From Mytilus edulis (Eukaryota): a DNA stretch of 64,000 bases. The position numbers and the translations under genes were made by a program. The stretch is taken from the NCBI RefSeq assembly GCF_963676685.1, contig NC_092344.1, forward strand, positions 109,430,001 to 109,494,000, read 5' to 3'. Numbering within the stretch: position 1 is the first letter of the stretch; each line of letters opens with the position of its first letter. Below, piece by piece: positions 12,759 to 25,460 of this stretch. The notes under the pieces are model-generated. The model ran no database searches. It was given only the letters and a program-made list of their open reading frames with translations, and was not told the origin of the DNA.

Positions 12759-15185
12759 CCATCGATTGGTTTCCCAAATGTGAACAACATCGCTTCGGCA
12801 GACGGATATAACACATACATCATTTTGTATAAGAGAATCTGGTATTCCCTCATGTCCCCGTCATACCAATATGCTCATGTAAGCAAATTAAAAATGCCAA
12901 TTTTGTTTAGAGCTATGATTATTCGATCGATTGATAACCTAATGGGAACGTGATTATATAGCTGACCTTCTAGCCACGTACAGTCTAGCGGTACTGTCCG
13001 CAGTGGGATTTGTTATAATTAATGCGACTTCCTGTAAGAACTACTTTTATCAGGTTATGAAAAGAAAAACTGTAGCAGAATGAAAGAAAAATAATTATTA
13101 TAAATAATTATACATCTGAAAGCTAATTAGTGTCTTGTTCTTGGTAAATTATACACGATGGCGGCCACATTACAGTCGAAAGGGAAATTACCAGCACTTG
13201 ATTACCAGTGAATTAAGGACAGCATATAAAGGGAAGCTGAAGAATAAAGTTGTTTCGCGTAAACTCAGTACATTATAACAGCTATACACGTGTTGAAGAA
13301 AATACTTTCAGAAAAAAACTGTTTTGTAAACAGACTTTTCTAAGGTCTTAAAAAATATGGGGAATAACTCATAAAAATGTAATGGAAATTGTAAAACACA
13401 CACATATCACTCTCACTTATGCACCGAATCCGTGACTGTTTCATTTATCATTTATAAAGTAAGCACAAACTATTCATGTATTACCACTACAAAGTAAATA
13501 CAGTACTATCCGATTAATTCTGTTGCCTTTCGTTTTTTGTGATTAGTCGTAATCTGTTTTGAGTATTTTGCCTTGAGATGACTTTGTATAAAGTAATAAA
13601 ATTATATTGAAATTTGAATTCTATAACGTAAACAAAATCGAACAGTCAAGTTGAGGTCTGAGCTAAAATCAATTAATCCAGTAAAATAAATACAGCTTGA
13701 TTACAGGGCATTAAAAATGCAAACGACATTATGCTTTAAAAAAGACTTCAAACTGAATCACTTTGAATATAACTCTTCGTTTCCATGACAACTTATTGTA
13801 TTGTTGTCTATGATTGATATGGAGTTTTCATGTATGAAAAGTGCCTTTTATCTCCGTACAACAAAGCTTATGGATATCCTTTGATTATAGAGATTAACCA
13901 CGTCAACAAGAGATAGTAACACTCGTAAGTGCCACGTCTCCAATCGACGGATACATCTTATCTTAGAAAATATCTAGAGAGAATACATCTAAAAAGCAGA
14001 CGCAGAGACGAAGTAGATCGGTTAAACATAAGCCAATAAGTAAACACGTTCATTCCGTGGTCACAGTTGACTCGGTTTTCAACATCTGCATTATTTATTT
14101 CTTACACGGAGCATTGGGACACAAGCTTTCTGAACCGTTTCCGGCAAAAATAGCATGTCGATTAACACAAATCCTTTGATTTTATAAAACATTTAAAAGC
14201 TTTAATTTGATGATTATCATGAAAGTATATTTTGCAATCTATATTGTTAAAAACAGTTTAAGTAAAAATGCCCCACACAGAGTTCTTTTTCTTACGTGTC
14301 GATAATTGAGACGGTATTTTGGTAAAAACATTGTATACGAAAAAAAATGAGAAAAAAGAATCAAACACTATTAAAAAATCTCTGACACTTTTTGGCCAGT
14401 CGTCTAAAACTTAAGCTGGTTCTCGGCTAATTCTACACTTTATTAATAGTTTGAGTGTAGCGTAATACAAGCAGATTCCAGTTTATTTGAGACTCGGCCA
14501 GTCTTGTCAGAGTCGCGAAATCAGACTCTGGGTTGTATGAACTGTTAGCAAAGTTATAACAATCGTTTCTATTTAATCGGTTCTCAGATCCAGATGTGAA
14601 TCTCGTCTCTATTGCGTTCAAATGTTACGATAGAAGGCATGTAGTCCGAGTCTTATTTTGTGTCTTTTAATACATAACTTTGTAATTTAGGATTGCCGAA
14701 CGTGCAATATACAATATGCACACATAACCAGATATTTTTGTTGATAACAGTTAGTAATCAAAATGGCAAATTGCATATTATTCCGCGCACGCAGTCAAAC
14801 GACAAACACAATCGTGCAATTTGATTGATTTTTCATTACACTATTTACAAATGGCTAGTATCATTTCCTTTCATATGAATTTTAATGAACCAATTGATTG
14901 TTCAATTTGTTCTGCAAAGACATCGGTCGTATATATACAACAATGTTCGGGCCGAGATCAATATGTGAAACCTAATTTTCACTCTATTATCATAGGCCGG
15001 TAACCAGTTAATTTCATAGTACATATGTTGCAATAATGACAATTTAAAAAAATCCCACCTGCGTTTTCGCAATAATGTACTACTTTTAGGGGAAATTATA
15101 TGATAAAATAGGTCAATAGTCCATACAACGCTAAATGACCAATGAAATCATTTATAATCTCAATCTACTTATTTATCATTTTAGT

Positions 15186-15542
15186 ATGAATGTAAATCCA
15201 GAAAAGCGCTTCGGATACATGAAATTTATGGAATGTATGATGTGTTGTTTTAATTTTTATACGGTGCCTCTGCTGGTGTACTATCAGTCCTCGAGGGTAT
15301 CATCATCTCGGTGTCAGTTCTTTGTTACTGAAATATTTAAATGTCCGTTTAAAAAAATGAAAGTATAAAGAAACTAAGGTTTCAACTCCCTCATGCAAAG
15401 TTGACATTGAATGGAATTATTTTGTATGTCCTCTTTAATTATACAGCTCTTGGACTGTTTCGGTTCTTATACATCCTTGGCTATCAAGTATATTTTGACC
15501 ATTCCTGATGAAGGTAAATCCAGAAAAAACGCTTCAGATGCA
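15186..15542 (+). mobile_element. Degenerate retrozyme-like monomer bounded by two hammerhead-like direct repeats (322-bp period)
   Basis: ATGAATGTAAATCCAGAAAAGCGCTTCGGA at 15186 and CTGATGAAGGTAAATCCAGAAAAAACGCTTCAGA at 15505. Remnants of CUGAUGA, GAAA and UUC. Confidence 0.6.
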
Positions 15543-18500
15543 TTTTATATAACATGTTGTTTACATTTTTGGCATTATTTCCGCATTTATTACTGTTGTA
15601 ATAAAGATTATATAGTTGGCGTGACAAAACACACACAAACACTCACACACGCACAATCCAAGATACTATAAGAATCATTCAGAAAGTTCAAGGCCCTTAG
15701 ATTGTAGTACGAGACTGCTCTGACATGCGATGTGCTTTCTGTGGTCTTGTTGTGAGCGAGTTGCCTCAAAAGGCAATCATAAGCAAGCCCCTAAAAAGTA
15801 TGTCAAATGTCAGACAGATTTTGAAATATAGTATCGGTTATTAAACAAAGTTGTTAGTCTTCATCCTTGTCGTTTATATAGGAGAGTGGTGTGTAACAGT
15901 AAAAAAGGGCAACAGTTGTATATCATGCATTCGAAATGGACTCAGTTTATATCACTATTGTTATCTAAATTTTGACATTAGTCTCAAAGTTAAACTAACA
16001 TATTCTCATTCACAATAATATGTAAAGAATGTGTATAGAGAGTAAGGATTTTTCATTGCAATAAGGATTTCAATATTCCATCGATTGACTGCTTGAACAG
16101 ATACATTATAGTAGTTTCCAAGGTCAAACAAATATCTGTTGTCTGTTGAAGATGTTTGAACTGCATAATTTTGTCATTGACTACAAATTGCAGACATTTC
16201 AAGTTAGCGAACGTAGTGGAATCTTTGGTAGTTTTGGTTTGAATTGTTCCAATGTTTTTAAGAAAATCGAATGATTTAAAGTTTTACCTATATATTTTTT
16301 TAGACGCCTGCTTATTGCTAAAGACTATTGACCTCTAAAAGTCTTTTGTCATTTGTGCAGTTGGATTGTTATCTCATTAACGTATATACCTAACCGTTCT
16401 TTTTTATTTATAGAAACAACCTGTCTTGATAATGATGTTGTAAAGATTTCCACTTTGTGTCTAACAGATAATTGTTTTCTGTAATTAGATAGAGGGGACA
16501 TTGTATGGTAAAGACACCCGTCTGAAATAGGAAATAACTTTTAGAGATTGATAAACATACCTATTTTCTTTCCATACGACGGATGAGACATTATACTATT
16601 GATTTTCATCATGTATGTGACGTTATATTCCTTACTTTTTCTCATCGTTTAACGATTATATAATGAAGCCAATAGTATCAGCTAGCTCCACACTTACGAC
16701 CAATTTAATTATTGTTATTTTCTTAATTTAAACGCCGATGATTTTATTAAAACAGAACAAGTATTGAATGATTTTGTTCGCGGTTCTTTCTAACTTGTAT
16801 CAGGTTTGACAATTTATTTTACATGATCATTACCGTTGCTAAGGAAATTTACATTTGTTCTGAACCATGATGCTTAAAATCAACGGCTTGGTTTTATTCC
16901 AATACTTCTCGATAATTAACAAACACAAATAACGCAAAATACATTTTCTTCGAGTGATAATTGGTTAAAAGAAACATTAGAAAAATCATTATCATTGTTA
17001 GCTTCGTTTACTTTGATTGCCGAGCTCTTTCTTATTCAAAAGAGACATACTTATATAAATGTATATATGATACGTATATACGGTTTATAGAGGGAGCATA
17101 TCAGTATCATAAAGATCACGTTTGTGTTTTCTTTTGTCGCATCGGAGTCTTGTTTTTTTTTTACATGAAATATCACCACATTTGTCTGATTACCACTTGT
17201 AACGTGTGCACTATGTTTGACTTGAAAATCTCATAATTCCGGCACACAACACGTGACCATGTCATGAGTTCGAAAAATATTAGACAGAGCAAGTTTTCAT
17301 TTGTATTGTTTAGATTGAATTACTTTTTTTTTAATAGTTTTTCTTTTGTATACAAGAGTTGTATACCTTTCTCTCCGAATAAGCTTTCGTTGTCTTTGAT
17401 TTCTTTCTTTTCCAATCAACCATTGTTTATGGAACATATTTTTGATGCAATAAATAGAAAATGAAACTGAAAATGTCATGAAAAAAGACGTGTGCAAGAA
17501 ACACAATACCGTTGGTTTTCCTGTTTGAATGGTTTTACACTAGTCATTTTGGGGGCTTTTTATACCTTGCAGTTCGATGTGAGACAAGGCTACGTGTTGA
17601 GGACCGTACATTGACCTATAATGGAATACTTTTACAAATTGTGACTTGGATTGGGAGTTGTCTCATTGGCACTCATAACACATCTTCTTTTATCTATACC
17701 ATTGGAATATGTCGTGCATGGTTGAGAGACTCCTTTGATGCGAGCAAGTTATGACTAAATATAGTCGCGTGGTGTATCCTTAAATAGTTTAACCGCCTAT
17801 CCGTCATTTATCACTCATTTGATACGACAGCAAAATGATCGAAATTATTTAACAACATGTCTTATTTTCACAGACTTTATCAGAGAAAATTTGGGCCAAG
17901 CTTTCACAGGTAACGTACCCCAGTGTAATCTTCCTCTTGCCCTTTGTATCGTTGATTGGAATTGGCGATATTATCATGTCAACATTATTATTGTTCAAGT
18001 ATTTACATGAGATCGGATTTTGAGTAGGTGCTTTATTTGCTTTCAATAATTTTCGCTTATATTATGTTATTTTCACATTTTAAAACATACCATTTATTTC
18101 GATCATTTTTTAAACCTTTTATTTCTATTTGTGAAAACATTCTTCAAATTTATATTTTTTAAAGAACGCCATATTAAAACAAGATTTACAGGATGTTGCA
18201 GTTTACATTTCAATATCGCCAAGTTCAAAAGTTATGAGTGATCTTAAAGTTGCACGGTATACTAGTCAACTTATATGGCTTGTTTAGCTAAGGTGGATAG
18301 GCCAAAAGCTAAAGGTTCGATATTGGTGTGGCTTAAAGCTGGCGATTAGTTACTCTATGTGCTTGCTTCATAGTAGAGCTTAGATTGTTGTTACGATTTA
18401 CAATAAGGCTCATATCCTATCGGTTTTCTTTATTTGCATTTATCTGTTAACCGCAAAGATTTGTCGCGTAACTAGTAGCGCTCGCTCACAAACAAGAATG

Positions 18501-21417
18501 TTTTGGCAGCCTTAAAAGAGGGACGAAAGATACCAAAGGGACAGTCAAACTCATAAATCTAAAACAAACTGACAGTTAAACAGCAATCAGTAGTTTAGTA
18601 AGCTTTTCTGCAAGCTTGAAGCCATATAAGTTATTCAATAGCTGCATCTTAGTCTTACTAATAAGTTTGAAATTAGAAAAAACATTCGTAGAAATTAATA
18701 ATGAATGCAAAACTTATTTATTTCACCTATAGACAACAAAAAAAGAAAGAGGAACAAGTGCATAACCATATATATATAGAACTTATCAAGTGACTTTACA
18801 ATGGGTACAAGAATATAAAATAATTTTACACCTAGTACGAATTTCCATAATAAATGTCTGTCAGAACACCTTTATTACCTAGCAGTTTACTACTATAAAG
18901 GTATTACTTATTCTCGTTAAGATATAGAAACAAACATTTAGTTCATATATTGGAGTATTCGTTTTGAAAAAGCATTAAATTATATAATTTTTTAAGGAAA
19001 AGGCAATTTGTAAAAAAACGTGATATTTTTCGTTTTAATTCCAGTGGCGCTATAGATTCGTTATAGTATAGTATTATTTTGATAAATAGTGTATAAGTAG
19101 AAAACTAATAGTTGTAAGAAAGAGTGAAATGTCAAAACATTAATATATGTTTTTGATTAAATATTAAATTCGAGCGCTGTAAAAGTAATGGTAAATCCCC
19201 ACATGGTACAGATTACATGCTTTCAGATATGAAGGCATCACAACACAAATATGTAAATCACAATATTTTATACTTGAGGCTGTGTTTGATTGCGAAATTC
19301 CAAAAATACAATGATCTAGTCATATATTTAGTATCGAGTTCTAACGATATGCTTACAATCGTCAATAGTCAAGATCTTTTTTTTACCTGCCATCAAATAC
19401 CAACAAGTCCCTACAAGTCCCTACAAAAAATAAAGTAGGTTAATTTTACATATAAAAAATCAAATAATCTATTTGAATTTATTTTGAAACCGTAAAATTT
19501 GTTAACTGCTTTTGATTTATCCTGCTTTTCCTTAAGTTCTATCCTGAATTTCTGGTGTTTATTATTTCCTGGTGGCCAGACCAATCATCAATTCTACAAA
19601 ACCCTGTTTTTTCTTATATTTAGACCAATGAGCATGACATATTGTTTTGCCATGGTATTGTCAGTTCGTTGTCGATCTATGAGTATGTATTTCCCTTTGG
19701 TATCTCCCGCCTATCTTTTTCTGATCATTTTTCTAATAAAACTTTTCTTGAATTTGGACATTTTTACACCAAACTGTTTCTTGACTTTCAGATCAAATCT
19801 TACATTTCACCTGTTGTTCCCTTTCAATCACATTGTATTTTTACATTGTCGAATCCACAAAGTGTGATTTTGAATATAAAGCATGAGTGATGTCTTTGAC
19901 TATTTGTACATTTTCTTGTATCTTTCTATTTGTTTTAAAACTTTCTGAACGTATTTTGGTGTTTTTCTCCCTCAGTTCAGTCAGTTACTACTGTAAACAT
20001 TAAATGATTTACGTAAACAGACCTGAATTAGTCTCATATTCTGTTTAAGCATATCAGCAAGATATTGTACAAATGAGCAGGTTTATCTTCTTTTTTGTTG
20101 TTGCTTTGTTTGTATATATAAAGATTTTTGGTATTTTCCTCCCCTTTTAAACAAACATTAATATGGAATTCATGTTTTCTGTCAGTGTTTCTGCTATCTT
20201 TCATACGAAGGTCCTCTTCTTGGTCTCGCCAAATCGCATCCAAAAATTTTGATATTTCTCTGCAGAAATTATGCTTGGTTACTTTTTTATCATTCATTGG
20301 CGATGTCATTAATAAGAAATTTTTGTACTTGATTTACTACATTTTTTTTAAACAAGCAGAAATTGCTGTATGTGTTACAGGAAGGAACGGAATTAACTGT
20401 ATGTTTTACAGCTTTGAAGTTTCTTGCTGTTTTACTGAATGATGTTTTAACATTTAGTATATTGAATATGTATTTATTTATCTATCAAAATTCGACTTGA
20501 TATAGAATTTTACCAGAATGAACAGACAATTACAGTAGACCTATGGAGAAGGTAGACATATTACGACGAAGGATTTATGAGCTAGACTAATTTATTAGCG
20601 TATATATTCCCCTGTTTCCTTTTATACACTCATTGTATGTTCAGAAAACGACCAGTAATGAAATTGTTGAACTTCCTGTCCAATCCCACGAGACCGTCGA
20701 TCCTTCTGCTTGACATCATGTTACTTACAAATAAATATCAAAGCAAGCACCATGAAATTTACTTGTTGCATTTTAGGATCCCAAACCCATCAATGAAATG
20801 AAGCCGTGTACTGAAACATTGAACATAACAGATGAACTACTTGGTATTTTAGTCATTGCTTGTACTCTACTCGTTCGTTTTATTTGCACGACGTTCCATT
20901 AGCAAAGTAATAAACAATGACAGTAAACAGTGTGTCAAGTCGGTAATGAAATGTCCCATCGATTGGACAGACTTTTATTATATAGCTGGCACGTCCAGAT
21001 CAAATATGTATTGCTTTACCAATAATGAGTTTAATTAAAACAATGGCGGTCAGGTGAACTTGAAATTATTCATCTTATTTCAAGCTGTCCTTATTGTTTT
21101 GTATCTTGGTTTAACCAACTGCACGTCGTAGTCGATTATTTGATGGTATAATTAAGCTGACAATATGTTATTTTTCACAAAACATACAAATTGATTTGGA
21201 ATCAATATGTTCACATCTAATATTCTATATATAACAATTGATAAAAAATAAAACAAATTTATGAAAGTTATTAAAAATTAATTAAATTATTCACCCTAGC
21301 AAAAGTAATAGTTTTTTTTTCACCTATAAAACTATCCAATTTATTTATAGACCACTATTATGAGAAACTTTTAACTTTTGTCGTATATGTTTAGTAGTGA
21401 AACTGAACTTTTTGCCT

Positions 21418-21998
21418 CGATACAGTTACAGGGGAGGTAATAACGTTGCTAAGGTTAATTGTTATTTTCGCGACGTCAAACTATGACTAATCGGAAAAAG
21501 ATTTTATCATTCAAACTTATTTAACTGGAAAACGAGTTCATGGACCCCTCTTTTTTAAAATGCCATTTGATTTGATTATGCGAGAAGATTATGTGTGCCA
21601 ATTTTCATGAAAACGTAAATAGTGCAAATTTTTTTTAAATTTGATGTTTTTTTCTACATTCCTGAAAATTTGATAAATATGCGTTATTTTTTGATAAAAA
21701 AAATGTATAAATTTTTCAGATACTTATAAAATACAGAAATTACAAATTATTTAAGAAAAACAGTTTGTGTTTATTATTTATAACAAAAAAAGTTATGTCT
21801 TTCTTTCGAAAGACAAAATACGGCCACAAATCCGAATTTTGAGCAAATATACAAAATTTCAACCTCATTTTACTCAAAAAGTAGCACATGAAGGTATATT
21901 TTTTATTACATATTTGATTAATAAGGTTGAAAATAGTCTATATGAAATTTTTTATCGAAGTGTAAATACGGGATAAAATCTGTATCGTATGCCCTTAA
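21418..21998. mobile_element. Non-autonomous DNA transposon, Kolobok/piggyBac-like right end (CCC-TTAA), left TIR truncated
   Basis: Right end CTGTATCGTATGCCCTTAA; left CGATACAG is the inverted match of its inner part. Confidence 0.5.
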
Positions 21999-22264
21999 GT
22001 ACACTTTTGTGCATACAACAGAGGAGTTAACTTAAATTCATCTTCAAGCAGTGTAAGTCAAGGAAATAGAAAAAAAATTGTCTAGATAAGATGTTTAATA
22101 GATCATAACTCATCCATACAGACTTTCGTAACGCCACAGATTTATAAAACATACTTGAAAAATCTTACAAAAAGAGAAAATAAAAAAATACATATTCTTG
22201 GTTAGATGGAACAAAAACAGCGTCCTTTCTATTCATCACTGTTTAATTGTGTTATTTTTTGCAG

Positions 22265-23335
22265 GTTGTTGCCATTGTATCCATATTGTTCATCGTTCTC
22301 TCTACTATTGCCTTAACTCTCAACACGATGCCACAGATGCAGAACAAACCTGGCAAAGACAACGAACAACTGGATATAGTAGAGGCTGTATGCATAGGAT
22401 GGTTCACATTAGAATATTTAGCAAGATTTTGGGCATCTCCTAATAAATGGAAATTTTTCAAAGGACCTTTAAATATAATAGATCTTCTTGCTATTATGCC
22501 ATACTTTATTAGTTTAGGGTTAACAGAATCCAATAAAAATACAACAGAGCAGTTCCATAACGTCAGAAGAGTTGTACAGATTTTTCGGATTATGCGAATT
22601 CTAAGAATTCTGAAACTAGCAAGACATTCGACCGGGTTACAGTCATTAGGATATACTTTACAAAGAAGTTACAAGGAATTAGGATTATTATTAATGTTTC
22701 TAGCAATTTCAATTTTACTTTTTTCTAGTTTAGCATATTTTGCCGAAAAAGATGTGTATAAAACAAAATTTATCAGTATTCCCGAAACATTTTGGTGGGC
22801 TGCCATCACCATGACAACGGTCGGTTACGGAGATATTTATCCGACGACAGTTCCTGGAAAGATCGTTGGAAGTGTTTGTTGTATATGTGGAGTATTAGTA
22901 ATTGCTCTACCTATTCCAATTATAGTAAACAACTTCGCAGAATTTTACAAAGATCAAATGAGACGGGAAAAGGCGCTCAAAAGGCGTGACGCATTAGAAC
23001 GTGCGAAACGAACCGGAAGTATAGTGTCATTTCATTCTATAAATTTACGTGATGCTTTTGCTAGAAGTGTTGATCTTTTAGAAGTTAGCATAAACGGTAA
23101 TAGACAATCTCAGAGGAGAGATAGCTGTGATGGATATAGTGATGATGGGAAAGGTTCAGGATCTCCGTGTGTTACCAAGTCTAGCACTGCCACTTTAAAA
23201 GCTAAAAATGAAAGCTGTGATACAAAAAGTCTTCCTGGCACTCAAAAACAAGGTACCTCTACTGCAACAGAATCTACTGACGATTGCCTAGAAAGAATGG
23301 CGTCCTCACAACCTGCACTAAATATCAGCCAACAG
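22265..23335 (+). CDS. Shab: Kv2/Shab exon: S1-S6, pore and proximal C-terminus
   Basis: Acceptor TTTTTTGCAG|GTT. S4 [14 protein letters not shown], pore [16 protein letters not shown]6 [11 protein letters not shown] (Kv2 PIP motif), GSIVSF. Donor CAG|GTAGGT at 23336 (phase 0). Confidence 0.97.
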
Positions 23336-24791
23336 GTAGGTACGCATTGAATCTTTTAATCTTTTTAATGTGTGTGGACATTGCTCAACCTCCGCAGCTT
23401 AAACAATTTACATTATTAACCGTCACTTCTACATATTAATTTGTTGACACTTGAGACTAGATCTGTTTTGATTAAAGCTGTTTGTTACATCTTTTGATAA
23501 TGTATATCACATTATGTTTCTTTTTGCATGACATTCAAGTCAGTTGTTTTTGATAATTTGCTGGCTTTCGTAACGTTTCTTGTAGTCTTCGTATTGCTAT
23601 TTCAAAATTATTTAATAGTATGTCTATTATGTCTATCAATATCAATTCAATACCACTGTTCTTACAGTTTTGACTATTGTTTCAATGGTCTGTTCAGTTT
23701 TTGATACAATTTCATTACATTTCAATTGTACTTAAACAATTTCCGTCTAGTTCAAACACGTGTTACACAATGTAAATACGCCCATACGCAATTTGCTGTT
23801 TTGTTCATCTCATCGAGAATTGTTTTTACGTATAGTTTGTCAACGCTTGTTATTTGAAAACATCAATAATACCATTTAGATTCTTGTTGATTATGCAGTT
23901 ACATATTTTTGATTGTATGAAACACTTGTGGTGTAGTTTTTTAATTGGTATGAGTGAGATATATAAATAATAAACAGACGACACCTGAAGCACACAAGTT
24001 TGAAAACTTGAATTATAGCAATAACCTTTGCATTTATCCAAACATGCATCTTAATCTGTTATCTGTTATCTGCTCTTTGATCGGGTTGTTGTCTCTCTGA
24101 CATATTATTCCCCATTTCCATTCTCAATTTTAGCTTCAATCTAGTAAAATATATTATGTTGGTCAATTGATTGATGAAACGAGGGAGAGGGGGTCTCAAA
24201 ACAACTAGCCCAACCGCCGTGACTCATGTTCATTTTGTAATCATTGTACCAAATTTAACTTGTGATTATTCTGCCTGTAATGGGCGTCTTTAATTGACAA
24301 TAAATATATTTGATTTTGATTTGATTTTTTGATTTGTTCATGGTTCAATTCTTTGTCATGTCTTAATGTTGCTTGGGGTTTGTTTTTTTTTTTGGTCATT
24401 TTTATAAAATTAATTTGGAGAAATCTTCGTTTTTGGTAAGCGAATTTTGTCAGAATCTTTGGTGCTCTTAATTTGCTTGTATCTGAATCGGCTAATTAAT
24501 TATTTTGTAAAATTCCATGTATTATTTCATTCACTATCAGCTTAAACATCTTATTTCTTAGTTTTTACTAAAACTTAATGTTTGTAGTTTTTCAAAACTA
24601 TTATTAAATGTTAAAAAAAAATTCTTTATAAAAAAACATAATTGATTTGGTGGAACCCGATTGATACTGAGTATAGTACAAAGAGATCGTCATATCCGTT
24701 CTCCCGCCATACCTTTCGTAGTTTGGTGTCGTAGAATAACGACATCAGTTACAGTAAACAGTTATCAAAGGTACAAGGATTATAATTTAGT

Positions 24792-24835
24792 ACGCCAGAC
24801 GCGCGTTTCGTCTACAAAAGACTCATCAGTGACGC
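24792..24835 (-). ncRNA. Type I hammerhead ribozyme (minimal, PLE/retrozyme type) within a repeat spanning about 24760-24915
   Basis: Minus strand reads GCGUCA CUGAUGA GUCU-UUUGU-AGAC GAAAC GCGC GUC UGGCGU. Full catalytic core, stem I (GCGUCA/UGGCGU), stem II, palindromic stem III loop. Confidence 0.85.
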
Positions 24836-25460
24836 TCATATCAAAACAGCCAAACAGCCAAACAAGTACAAAGTTGAAGAGCATTGAGGATCCATAAATT
24901 AATTCCAAAAGTTGTGATGAAAGTGTTTATAAAAATTCATATAATCTTAAACACAGATGAAATCCAATAATGCCCACATTTCTATAAACTATTCAAGAGT
25001 TATATACCCTTGTTAGATGAAAGATTGATTTTGTAAATCAGAAAGTGCTTGGTCAGATATTTTGAAATTATATAATGAATACAGATAAATTTGTTTTTGC
25101 TGATTTTAGGTTATCTGGATAGTTTGTTCTGAGATTTATTGTTCAGTGTTTTTGATGTTTTTGTAAGTGCTCAAGACCAAGTAATATTTTCCCGAAGACT
25201 GCGTAATGTTAACTGTCAATGCATTACGCTTTCAGATTAATCTTTACTCAAATATAAACATAAATAGATGTTTTTGTTTAGGATTTATAATCTTGGATGT
25301 TTCGCATAGTTTCGTGTTAGAGTATTTAATTTCAAATTTGTGGTGTTGATGTCAGCTAAAACATTATTACGGCTTTGAGATGTATGTAATGTTCTTATAC
25401 TATACTACTGGGTATATTGTATCGTTGGTAATATCGATCTTTCCTAGCTAAGTGACAGAA

